Below, piece after piece: positions 1-8,595 of a stretch of DNA of 64,000 nucleotides. Each line of letters begins with the position of its first letter. Position 1 is the stretch's first letter. Below the pieces are notes generated by a model. It saw only the letters and a list, made by a program, of their open reading frames with translations, had not been told where the DNA came from and did not search any database. Origin of the DNA: Bacillota bacterium (GTDB taxonomy: Bacteria; Bacillota; Clostridia; Tissierellales; Gottschalkiaceae). The stretch is from positions 3,411 to 67,410 of the forward strand of contig JAEZUY010000021.1 of assembly GCA_023420895.1 (NCBI GenBank), read 5' to 3'. A program made the translations under genes and the position numbers.

Positions 1-164
1 TAATCATCCCGCTTTCTTAGCTAAATGCGTCTATATTTCTAATTATAGACTAAATATACATTGTATACTATTACATTTCTCTAAATTTTCTAATAAGAAT
101 CCTCTATTTCAGTGCTTTATGGTATAATGACTATAGTGTTAAATTCGGAAAGGTGTGATTCTGT

Positions 165-293
165 TTGGATAAAACTAGAAATTCGAAAAGAGAAAAAAGA
201 GAAAAGACTGTTAAGATATTAGCCATAGTAGTTGCGCTTATGTTCCTTATAACTACTGTTGTGGGATCTCTGTATTCTGCATTCATGTTCTAG
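165..293 (+). CDS. small membrane protein, 42 aa (DUF4044/Prli42-like architecture)
   Basis: Absent from the ORF track. TTG at 165 follows SD GAAAGGTG and extended -10 TGGTATAAT (120-128). Translation MDKTRNSKREKREKTVKILAIVVALMFLITTVVGSLYSAFMF: basic N-terminus plus one TM helix. Confidence 0.75.
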   Translation: MDKTRNSKREKREKTVKILAIVVALMFLITTVVGSLYSAFMF

Positions 294-412
294 AATATAA
301 TATTTATTTTATACTTAACTGTTAATTGACTGAAAATTTGAAAATATACAGCTGAGCATTCATTTCCTCTGTGCATATGGAGATTATGCCTGCTTATTAT
401 AATAGAAATGCG

Positions 413-443
413 AAGAGCCGGAATCGAATCCGGCTCTTTTTTT
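413..443 (+). terminator. intrinsic terminator
   Basis: AAGAGCCGGA/TCCGGCTCTT stem followed by a T-tract, between convergent genes. Confidence 0.8.
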
Positions 444-538
444 ATAATTTTACTGATTTTCTGCTGTTTCTGAAGTTCGAATCTGAAGTCAGAATTTCCT
501 GCAGTTATAATCCGTCTGAAAAGCTTTTCCTTCTATCT

Positions 539-1600
539 CTATTTTCCAAGCGCTTTCATTCCGTATACATATCTCAGGAAGACTTCATCTTTATTTCCGC
601 TTTCAAGGAATCTCTCAAGTCTCTTTTCAGGACTTCCTTTCTTTTCGGCATCGTCTATGACTGCCGCATCGAATGAGCAGAACTCCTCAAAACTTCCTGT
701 CTTTCCGAAGAACTTTCCAGAACCTTTAGTCGCCATATAGAAAAGTTCTTTAAAAGAAAATATCTTTCTGTTTTCCTGCTCATGTCTTAAAGCTTTTAGA
801 ACAGAATGCTCTTCTCCTGTATATATTCCGAGTCTTTCTTCTCTCAAAAGCTTCTTCAGAGTTTCAGCCTCATCTTCAGAAATTTCTTCTCCGTAAGGAC
901 AGTATGCATTGTTTTCAGGAAGTTCGTCTAAGAAATCCGAAATTCCTCTTCCATTTGAAAAATCGATTATATTCAGAATATCTTTATAAATATCTCTTCC
1001 GTAATCTCCGGTGTTTTCGATTTTTTCTTTTATTCTGTGCACATTTCTTCCGGCGATTTTCAGATTGGAGAGTCTTGCTATATTGAGTTTTTCTTCTATA
1101 TTCTCTTCATCTTCATTTAAAAATATGAACGGTTTCACCAGAATTCTCGTATTTGCGCTCATTATGGCAAATTCCTCAAGATCATAGAGAGAATACTCTT
1201 TTCCTTCTGTTCTCTCATGACAGCAGTAAGCGCCAAGACCCAGGCTTTCTACATAATCCATAAGATAATAGCTGTCTTCAAGACTTCCCTCTGATATTAT
1301 ATTGAGTCTCGCCGTTCCTTCCTGCCATATGTCTTCAGATATTCTTCTGACTCTCTCTTCCTTTTTTTCAGAATCTTCTGCGTTTCTCGAAACTGCAAGA
1401 CTGTTTACGAATCCTGGAATTATGAGTTTTCCGCTGTAATCGAACAGTCTAGTGTCTTTATGCTCTTCCGGAATCTCTCTGTAAATGCCCTTTATGAGAT
1501 TTCCAAAGAGAATTATATATCCGTCTTCGTAAATTTCAAGTTTCCCGGGAGTTTCTGAAAAAACTATATCGCCTTTAAGAGCTCTCGCGTGCTTTGACAA
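539..1600 (-). CDS. guanine deaminase-like amidohydrolase homolog with catalytic motifs lost
   Basis: N-terminus (LKGDIVFS..DYSGKLIIPGFV) and C-terminus (KELFYMATKGSGKFFGKTGSFE..FDAAVIDD..ERLERF) match clostridial GuaD. HxH is absent. TTG start with GGAGGTGA SD. Confidence 0.75.
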   Translation of the reverse strand: MSKHARALKGDIVFSETPGKLEIYEDGYIILFGNLIKGIYREIPEEHKDTRLFDYSGKLIIPGFVNSLAVSRNAEDSEKKEERVRRISEDIWQEGTARLNIISEGSLEDSYYLMDYVESLGLGAYCCHERTEGKEYSLYDLEEFAIMSANTRILVKPFIFLNEDEENIEEKLNIARLSNLKIAGRNVHRIKEKIENTGDYGRDIYKDILNIIDFSNGRGISDFLDELPENNAYCPYGEEISEDEAETLKKLLREERLGIYTGEEHSVLKALRHEQENRKIFSFKELFYMATKGSGKFFGKTGSFEEFCSFDAAVIDDAEKKGSPEKRLERFLESGNKDEVFLRYVYGMKALGK

Positions 1601-1648
1601 GCAATCACCTCCGGTTTAAATATTTCTGAATCCGATAAAAGGCTCTAT

Positions 1649-1948
1649 TTAATAGTCATAGAGCGATTCGTTGTACTCATCCACTATCTCGTAGATAGTG
1701 TTTATTCTCTTCAGAAGCATGTAGTCTATTATTATATTCTTTTCTCTGGTTTCAAGATACATCTCGCGTGTCGCAAGATCTAAGATTACATCCAGATAGC
1801 TGCTTCTGTAAATAGGTATACTCCTTGTAACATAGTAGTATCCTTCAAGACTTTTTACTACGAAATCGCAGTCTATTTCATTGAATTTGACTGCTTCATC
1901 CAGTTTTCTGCAAACTTCTTCTACTCTTTTTACATCTACGTCTGCCAA
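1649..1948 (-). CDS. hypothetical protein, 99 aa
   Basis: Strong SD GGAGGGG before TTG; co-oriented immediately upstream of the amidohydrolase homolog. Confidence 0.7.
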   Translation of the reverse strand: MADVDVKRVEEVCRKLDEAVKFNEIDCDFVVKSLEGYYYVTRSIPIYRSSYLDVILDLATREMYLETREKNIIIDYMLLKRINTIYEIVDEYNESLYDY

Positions 1949-2144
1949 GATTACCCCTCCATTAAATTTTTAGCCTTCTTATATATTATTATATCACTAG
2001 TGAAAAAGCTTTCAATATAGTTATTTTCATTTAGAAAGGTTTTTTCTCAATATTTACATGTCTTACTGTGTTATAATATATATTATTAAATAGAGATGAT
2101 TATCAGTTAAAATTAATATATGAGAATAGAAAGAGGTGCTGTTT

Positions 2145-2852
2145 TTGAAACTTGGAATAATAGTTGCAATGGAAGAAGAACTCAAAGTGGTTCTTAACGA
2201 TATGGAAGTAAAAGATAAGTCGGAACATGCTGGAATGGTGTTCTACGACGGAATATACCATGATTTAGAAGTCATAGCGGTGGTGTGCGGAGTCGGAAAA
2301 GTGAATGCGGCTGTTTGCACTCAGATTCTGATATCTGTTTACGGAGCTGACAAAATCGTGAATATTGGAGTCGCAGGCGGAGTGCGCAAAGATATAAAAC
2401 AGGGAGATGTAGTCATAGCAGATACTCTGATTCAGCACGACGTCGACGCCAAAGGATTCGGATACGATCTTGGAAGAATTCCGAGACTCGATGTTTTCGA
2501 CTTCAAAAGCGACAGAGAGCTTATCGATATATGTCTTGAAGCCGGAAAAGAAGGTATAAAGGACCATCAGATATTCGTCGGAAGAATAGTTACAGGAGAC
2601 CAGTTTATCGCATCTGCTGAAAAAACTGAATGGCTGGACAGATATTTCGGCGCATTCGCATGTGAAATGGAAGGAGCAAGCATCGCTCAGGTATGCCACT
2701 TGAATAAAGTGCCTTTCATAGTTATAAGATCTATATCTGACAATGCGGATTCTGAGGCTGCAGTTTCATTCGACGAGTTCCTTGAAACAGCAGTTGAAAA
2801 TGCTACAGTCATACTTGAAGGACTGGTAAAAGAGCTTAAAAAAGCTGAATAA
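2145..2852 (+). CDS. mtnN: 5'-methylthioadenosine/S-adenosylhomocysteine nucleosidase
   Basis: Motifs GIIVAMEEE, GVGKVNAA, TGDQFI, CEMEGASIAQVC, IRSISDNAD. Start placed at TTG 2145 after SD GAGGTG. Confidence 0.95.
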   Translation: MKLGIIVAMEEELKVVLNDMEVKDKSEHAGMVFYDGIYHDLEVIAVVCGVGKVNAAVCTQILISVYGADKIVNIGVAGGVRKDIKQGDVVIADTLIQHDVDAKGFGYDLGRIPRLDVFDFKSDRELIDICLEAGKEGIKDHQIFVGRIVTGDQFIASAEKTEWLDRYFGAFACEMEGASIAQVCHLNKVPFIVIRSISDNADSEAAVSFDEFLETAVENATVILEGLVKELKKAE

Positions 2853-2874
2853 TTTATTTTTCATATTAATTGAT

Positions 2875-2920
2875 AAAGCCTCCTGAGTTTATTCGTCTGA
2901 ATATCACTCAGGAGGCTTTT
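2875..2920. terminator. bidirectional terminator between mtnN and luxS
   Basis: AAAGCCTCCTGAGT...ACTCAGGAGGCTTT inverted repeat. Confidence 0.85.
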
Positions 2921-2949
2921 ATATATATTATTAAAGATATTTATCTGTT

Positions 2950-3399
2950 TTATTTCTTTTCCGCCATTTCTCTTATGAACTTGCCGGCATATTCTTTAGC
3001 CTTTTCAAGGTCATGAGCTTTTGCGTTTCCGCACTGAACTTCGTTAGCAGCCGGAATTTCTTCCGATTTTTTAACGTTTTCAAGCGAATTCAGAACCATT
3101 TCTTCAACATCTTCAGATTCAAGATCTCCCCATATAGTCATGTAGAAACCTGTTCTGCATCCCATTGGAGAAAGGTCTATAACGTCGTCTCCAAGTTTTT
3201 CATCTCTTAAATACACAGCCATCAGGTGCTCTAAAGTGTGTATTCCCGACATATCCATTTCTTCCTTATTAGGCTGCATGAATCTTATATCGAATTTTGT
3301 AAGTTTATCTCCTTTTTCTCCAGTATATACTGTGACTTTTCTTATAAATGGAGCATGCACTTTTGTATGGTCCAGTTCAAAGCTTTCAACTCTGCCCAT
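2950..3399 (-). CDS. luxS: S-ribosylhomocysteine lyase
   Basis: Motifs VESFELDHTKV, HTLEHL, SPMGCRTGFY, QCGN. ATG at 3399 follows GGAGGTG. Confidence 0.97.
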   Translation of the reverse strand: MGRVESFELDHTKVHAPFIRKVTVYTGEKGDKLTKFDIRFMQPNKEEMDMSGIHTLEHLMAVYLRDEKLGDDVIDLSPMGCRTGFYMTIWGDLESEDVEEMVLNSLENVKKSEEIPAANEVQCGNAKAHDLEKAKEYAGKFIREMAEKK

Positions 3400-3446
3400 A
3401 TTCTTCACCTCCAAAATTTATATCATTTCTTCATCTCTGCTTTTAT

Positions 3447-4160
3447 CTAATCTCTGATAAACAGTTCGAGCAGCGGCTGTCTTTTAAGTGACGGAATTGT
3501 GAATTCCGCCTTTATATCTATATTTTCAGGCGGATTTATATCCCAGACCATAGTCTTTCCGTCTCTTATATTGAGTCCGCTTCCCTGAATTTCAACAGGA
3601 AGACTCAGCATCACTCTTATAAATGTGTTCTCTATGAGTTCTCTCTTGTCAGAACCCTCTTCAAGTCCGAGTTTTTCATATATTTCTTCAAACTCTATAT
3701 TAAAATCAGCTTTTACACTGTAAGTGATTTTGCCTTTTTTCACGGCTATATAAGGCATGAAGTATTTGGCATAGTCGAGATAGCCGATAACCATGCTTCT
3801 AGCCGCATTTTTCTCAGCTTCTCCTATGAACTTCTTTATTCTGAGTCCGAGCTTTTCTCTGCCGTCCTTATAAGTCTTCTTTATCTTCACTGTCTCAATC
3901 CCGTGCTCTTCAAGTCTGTCTCTAAGACCTCTTATCAGCTCTTTTTCTTTTTCAGCCGCATCGAAATCGTCTTCTGAAACTGTTATATCAGCGAGCACCT
4001 GAGCTCTCGCATATTTATCGACATTTATGTCTATATCGATATCCGGGCTGAAAGATTCTTTTAATATAATTTCTAAAGATTCTTTTAATATAATTTCTAT
4101 AAGAGGGCCGAAATGTTCTGACAGTTCTGTCAGTTCTCCTTTCACCGAATCACCATCCAT
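3447..4160 (-). CDS. hypothetical protein (weak DUF3153/LppM-like resemblance)
   Basis: 237-aa ORF packed between the aminotransferase and luxS. C-terminal LSLPVEI..DGKTMVWDI..IKAEFTIP pattern. Confidence 0.55.
   Translation of the reverse strand: MDGDSVKGELTELSEHFGPLIEIILKESLEIILKESFSPDIDIDINVDKYARAQVLADITVSEDDFDAAEKEKELIRGLRDRLEEHGIETVKIKKTYKDGREKLGLRIKKFIGEAEKNAARSMVIGYLDYAKYFMPYIAVKKGKITYSVKADFNIEFEEIYEKLGLEEGSDKRELIENTFIRVMLSLPVEIQGSGLNIRDGKTMVWDINPPENIDIKAEFTIPSLKRQPLLELFIRD
4051..4098. repeat. perfect 24-bp tandem duplication, in frame
   Basis: AAAGATTCTTTTAATATAATTTCT x2, encoding EIILKESL/EIILKESF. Confidence 0.95.
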
Positions 4161-4170
4161 TTTCTGTAGT

Positions 4171-5367
4171 TTACGCAGTCAGGACTTGTTCTATTCTGTT
4201 AAGGCCTTCTTTTATATTTTCCATAGATGTAGCGTATGAAAGTCTTACGAATTTATCGCTTCCGAAAGCTATTCCGGGAACTACTGCAACATTTCCTTTT
4301 TCAAGAACTAGCTTAGTGAAATCTAGTGAATCTTTTATTTCCATTCCCTGAACAGTCTTTCCTAGATATTCAGATATGTTTATCATTATATAGAAAGCTC
4401 CTTTAGGCTTTATGCATGAAAGTCCTTTTATTTCGTTAACTCTCTCGCATGCGTAGTTCTTTCTCTTTTCGAATTCTTCTCTCATGCTCTCAACTGTAGA
4501 CTGATCTCCTCTAAGACCTTCAATACTTGCATACTGAGCTATAGAGTTAGGATTTGAAGTTATATGTCCCTGAATATTCGACATCAGTTTTGCAATTTCT
4601 TTATTAGATGCTGTAAATCCTATTCTCCAGCCTGTCATAGCATAAGCTTTGCTCATTCCGTTTACAACGATTGTAAGATCCTTTATTTCATCTCCGAATG
4701 ATGCAATGCTCACATGTTTTCCGTCGTATATGAGCTTTTCGTATATTTCATCAGACACTACAAATATATTGTTCTCAACTGCAACTTCAGCTATAGCTTT
4801 AAGCTCTTCTTCTGAATATACTGTTCCAGTCGGATTTCCAGGACTGTTCAGAATTATAGCCTTAGTCTTTTCATTAACTGCGTTCTTTAAATCATCTATA
4901 TCAAATTTGAATCCGTTCTCCTCAGCAGTTTCCACTATAACCGGAACTCCTCCCGCAAGTTTTACCGATTCAGGATAAGACACCCAGTAAGGAGAAGCGA
5001 TTATGACCTCATCTCCAGGATTGAGTATAGCTGTAAAAGCGTTTGAAAGCGACTGTTTCGCTCCCGAAGAAACGACTATGTTTTCCGGCTCGTAATCAAG
5101 GCCGTTGTCTCTTTTAAACTTCTCGCAAACAGCTTTTCTCAGTTCAGGCATTCCTGCTGTTGGAGTATATCTTGTCTGCCCCTGATTTATTGCTTCAATA
5201 GCAGCATTTTTTATGTTTTCAGGTGTTTCAAAGTCCGGCTCCCCTACTCCGAATCCTATTACGTTTACACCTTTGCTTTTTAATGCGGCTGCCATAGCAC
5301 TTATTTCCAGTGTAAGTGACGGTGCTATTTTAAGCGTTTTTTCCGATAAATTGTATTTCATTAGCAA
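4171..5367 (-). CDS. aspC: class I PLP-dependent (aspartate) aminotransferase
   Basis: Motifs GEPDF, NSPGNPTG, SDEIYE, SKAYAMTGWRIG. Confidence 0.9.
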   Translation of the reverse strand: MLMKYNLSEKTLKIAPSLTLEISAMAAALKSKGVNVIGFGVGEPDFETPENIKNAAIEAINQGQTRYTPTAGMPELRKAVCEKFKRDNGLDYEPENIVVSSGAKQSLSNAFTAILNPGDEVIIASPYWVSYPESVKLAGGVPVIVETAEENGFKFDIDDLKNAVNEKTKAIILNSPGNPTGTVYSEEELKAIAEVAVENNIFVVSDEIYEKLIYDGKHVSIASFGDEIKDLTIVVNGMSKAYAMTGWRIGFTASNKEIAKLMSNIQGHITSNPNSIAQYASIEGLRGDQSTVESMREEFEKRKNYACERVNEIKGLSCIKPKGAFYIMINISEYLGKTVQGMEIKDSLDFTKLVLEKGNVAVVPGIAFGSDKFVRLSYATSMENIKEGLNRIEQVLTA

Positions 5368-5478
5368 TTCGCTGTCTACTCAGACAGCTTCCCTTCCTTT
5401 CTCTTATTAAATTCTTAAAATGTCAAATTTGACTCGTTTTCTGTACATTAATTATTATATACTATTGTATAGAAATAT

Positions 5479-5534
5479 TAAAGACCCGAGTTGGCCGCCG
5501 GCACATCGCCGGCATGGCTTTTCATCGGATCTTT
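5479..5534 (-). terminator. GC-rich hairpin after padR (probable terminator)
   Basis: GCCGGC/GCCGGC core with outer AAAGAC-CCGA/TCGG-ATCTTT pairing. Confidence 0.55.
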
Positions 5535-5913
5535 AATATTTTCCTTCTCTGTATATGTCTTTTTTTATAAGATTGAGCATATTGAGCGAATCCACTAAAT
5601 CGTCTTTATAAAGAAGTTTTATCTTCTTATAGTACTCGAACCCCTGAGGAGTGAGCTTGTAGTGTTTTCTCGATCTCCTGTCGGGCTCTTCCCACCATCC
5701 TTCTATATATCCGTCAGCTTCAAGTTTTCTCAGCATAGGATATATCATTCCGGGACTGGGTTCCCAGTAGTGGTTCATTCTGTTCCCTATTTCATCTATT
5801 ATTTCGTTTCCGTAAAAGCTCTTCTCATTGAGGAGATGGAGTATATAAAGTCTTGCAAAAGCTGTCGTGCTGAGCTTGCTCGGAAACTGTCTGCTTCTTT
5901 CATTCTTCTCCAT
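5533..5913 (-). CDS. PadR family transcriptional regulator
   Basis: YGNEII..PSPGMIYPMLRKLE..G..RKHYKLTPQG winged HTH. Confidence 0.92.
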   Translation of the reverse strand: MEKNERSRQFPSKLSTTAFARLYILHLLNEKSFYGNEIIDEIGNRMNHYWEPSPGMIYPMLRKLEADGYIEGWWEEPDRRSRKHYKLTPQGFEYYKKIKLLYKDDLVDSLNMLNLIKKDIYREGKY

Positions 5914-6745
5914 TCGTCTTCATCCTCTCGTCGCGTCTCTTTTTAAGCGCATTGAATTCTTCTTCAGTCAGATAGTAGTCTCCTATCATCGGAACTCCGT
6001 CTATCAGCTTTCCGTGACAGTCGGATCCCGCCGACTTTAAAAGACCTCTGTCATCGACCAGTTTCTGAATTCTCTTTATAGTTTCTTCACTGTGAATCGA
6101 GTGTATTACTTCCATTCCGTCTATATCGTACTGAAGTATCTCTTCTGCATATTCTCTGTGCCTTATGATTCCCGGATGTGCAACTATTGCGATTCCTCCG
6201 GCATTGTGAATGAGCTCAGCCGCTTCCGGAACAGTGATTTTCTTTCTCTCTACATCTCCCGGCTTTCCTCTGACAAGATATTTTTTGAAAGCGTCGTCCA
6301 TATCCTCAGCATATCCCTTTTTCACAAGAACTCTAGCTACATGCGGCTTTCCGACTGAATCGCACTGAGCCTCTTTGAGAATCTCTTCATAGCTTATGTC
6401 GATTCCCTCTTTTCTGAGGTTTTCTGCAATCTTCGCCCCTCTTTTCGTTCTCGCTTCAGAAAGCTCTTTAAACTTTTTCTTTAAATCTTCGTTTTCATAG
6501 TCTATGAAAAGACCGACTATGTGAACTTCGTCTTCTTTATAAAGACAGCTCATCTCAACTCCGGGAATTATATTGACTCCGTATTTTCTGCCTGCTTCAA
6601 ACGCCTCTTCGAGACCGTTCACTGTATCATGGTCTGTCACTGCTATCGTATCTATATTCTTGTCCGCCGCCCATTTAACTGCCTCCTCAGGACTGAAAAC
6701 TCCGTCAGATGCAGTAGTATGAACGTGCATATCGGCTTTAAACAT
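5900..6745 (-). CDS. PHP domain phosphoesterase (TrpH/YciV-like)
   Basis: Motifs DMHVHTTASDG, TDHD, GVE, AHP, GSDCHG. Confidence 0.92.
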   Translation of the reverse strand: MFKADMHVHTTASDGVFSPEEAVKWAADKNIDTIAVTDHDTVNGLEEAFEAGRKYGVNIIPGVEMSCLYKEDEVHIVGLFIDYENEDLKKKFKELSEARTKRGAKIAENLRKEGIDISYEEILKEAQCDSVGKPHVARVLVKKGYAEDMDDAFKKYLVRGKPGDVERKKITVPEAAELIHNAGGIAIVAHPGIIRHREYAEEILQYDIDGMEVIHSIHSEETIKRIQKLVDDRGLLKSAGSDCHGKLIDGVPMIGDYYLTEEEFNALKKRRDERMKTNGEE

Positions 6746-6769
6746 AAATCATCATCTCCATTTTATAAA

Positions 6770-6794
6770 GACCGGAGAAATCTTTTCTCCGGTC
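6770..6794 (-). terminator. hairpin/terminator after spoVS
   Basis: GACCGGAGAAA/TTTCTCCGGTC inverted repeat. Confidence 0.7.
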
Positions 6795-6836
6795 CCATAG
6801 TGCAGCATCAGCTGCAGTATTAAACTGCAAATCTAT

Positions 6837-7097
6837 TTATCTCGGTTCAACTACTAATCTCATCGCAGTTCTTTCAGAACCGTCTATTTCTATATCCGTA
6901 AACGCCGGAACGCATATAAGATCGATCCCCGACGGCGCAACGAAACCTCTGGCTATAGCCACAGCTTTTACAGCCTGATTTAAAGCTCCCGCTCCTATTG
7001 CCTGAATTTCTGCTGAGCCTTTTTCTTTAACTACTCCTGCCAATGCTCCTGCTACCGAATTTGGGTTTGATTTTGCTGAAACTCTTAGTATGTCCAT
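6837..7097 (-). CDS. spoVS: stage V sporulation protein S family
   Basis: LRVSAKSNPNSVAGALAG..QAIGAGALNQAVKAVAIARGF, near-canonical. Confidence 0.97.
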   Translation of the reverse strand: MDILRVSAKSNPNSVAGALAGVVKEKGSAEIQAIGAGALNQAVKAVAIARGFVAPSGIDLICVPAFTDIEIDGSERTAMRLVVEPR

Positions 7098-7141
7098 TAC
7101 GACCACTCCTTAACTGTATCTGTATTTTATATTCTGCATTT

Positions 7142-8584
7142 TTAGAGGAATTTGCTGTAGTCTTCTACGCTCAGTTCAGATCTTTTGTCTTTCTTTATGA
7201 AATTCTTAAGTTCTTCCGAAAGCTTTTTAAATGACCCTTCTATTTCTTCAGAATCCATCGATGTGACACTCAGTCTGAAATATTCATTGTCTTCAGACTC
7301 TGTACTGAATATCTTTCCCGGTGCAATCAGTATGTCTCTTGCTGCAAGATATTCATAAAGCGCTTCTGTAGACTGTCCGTCCGGAAGTTTAAACCAGAAG
7401 TTCAGCCCTCCGCTCGTATTCCAGTAACTCACATTTTTCGGGAGATATTTTTCTATAGCTTTAGACATTATTCTATGTCTGAGCTCATAAACCTTGTTTA
7501 TTCTCTTAAGGTTCTCATCCCATTCTCCCTTTCTCATATATACATTGAACGCTCTCTGTATGAGACCCGGAGTTGATATATCCGATATATGTTTCGCTGA
7601 ACTTATATCGAAAAGGAGTTCTTCAGGAATCACTATGAATGCAATTCTGAGTCCCGGCATAAAGAGTTTTGAAAAGCTCTTTATATATATAACTCTCTCG
7701 TCTTCATGATTGTCAAGAGATTTCATCGCAGTGCTCTTTCTGCCTTTAAATTCAAGGTCGCTTAAATAGTCGTCCTCTATTATATAGAATCTGTATTTTC
7801 TTGCAAGCTCCAAGATTTTCTTCATCTTTTCTTCTGAATACGAACATCCTGTAGGATTGTGGAAGTTCGGCATCAAGTATAGAAACTTCGGTTTCATAGT
7901 CCTGAGCTTCTGTTCTAAATCCTCAATGTTGAGTCCGTCTCTGTCGAGCTTTATATTTACAGTTTCTGCTCCTCTTGATTTAAATACTCCTATCGCTCCA
8001 GTATAAGTAAATTCTTCCGTAAAAACTATATCTTCAAAATCCACTAAAGCCTTCGAAATTATATCTATCCCCTGCTGGGCTCCCGAAATTATCTGAATAT
8101 TATCCTCTGTAGTATATATACCCAGTCCGCCGAGATAATCTCTTAAAGATTTTCTCAGAGGCAGATATCCTTTCGGATCCTGGTATGTGAAAGCGTGAGA
8201 TTTATCGTGTTCTAATACTTCTATAATCGACTCTTTTATTTCATCTACAGGAAACAGATTCGGAGTCGGGGCAGTGCTTGCAAAATTCACTGTCCCTTCC
8301 GGAATTTCTGACTCTTCCTCTTCCTCGTATATATCGTCGAGCTTTCTCGTATAAGAACCGCTTCCCACTATCTTATATATATACCCTTCTTCTTCAAGCT
8401 TATTATATGCATTTACTACGGTTATATTGTTTACACCGAGCTGTTTTGCAAAAGCTCTTATTGTAGGGAGCTTAGTGTCGGGCGGCACTGTTCCCTCGAG
8501 TATTAGATTTTTTATCTTCTCATATAGCTGGGCATAGAGGAACTGCTTGTCCTCCTTGTCCAGCTGAATGTCTTCTAGCGGCAA
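7142..8584 (-). CDS. MocR/GntR family PLP-dependent transcriptional regulator
   Basis: N-terminal GntR HTH (KLPTIR..TVVNAY..GSGSY) plus aminotransferase-like domain (PNFHNPTG, EDDY, SFSK). Confidence 0.93.
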   Translation of the reverse strand: MPLEDIQLDKEDKQFLYAQLYEKIKNLILEGTVPPDTKLPTIRAFAKQLGVNNITVVNAYNKLEEEGYIYKIVGSGSYTRKLDDIYEEEEESEIPEGTVNFASTAPTPNLFPVDEIKESIIEVLEHDKSHAFTYQDPKGYLPLRKSLRDYLGGLGIYTTEDNIQIISGAQQGIDIISKALVDFEDIVFTEEFTYTGAIGVFKSRGAETVNIKLDRDGLNIEDLEQKLRTMKPKFLYLMPNFHNPTGCSYSEEKMKKILELARKYRFYIIEDDYLSDLEFKGRKSTAMKSLDNHEDERVIYIKSFSKLFMPGLRIAFIVIPEELLFDISSAKHISDISTPGLIQRAFNVYMRKGEWDENLKRINKVYELRHRIMSKAIEKYLPKNVSYWNTSGGLNFWFKLPDGQSTEALYEYLAARDILIAPGKIFSTESEDNEYFRLSVTSMDSEEIEGSFKKLSEELKNFIKKDKRSELSVEDYSKFL

Positions 8585-8595
8585 AACTTTCCCTC

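Noticed and set aside
1..20. Possible start of a minus-strand gene running off the left edge (CAT at 5-7)
   Set aside because: Too little sequence to support a call.
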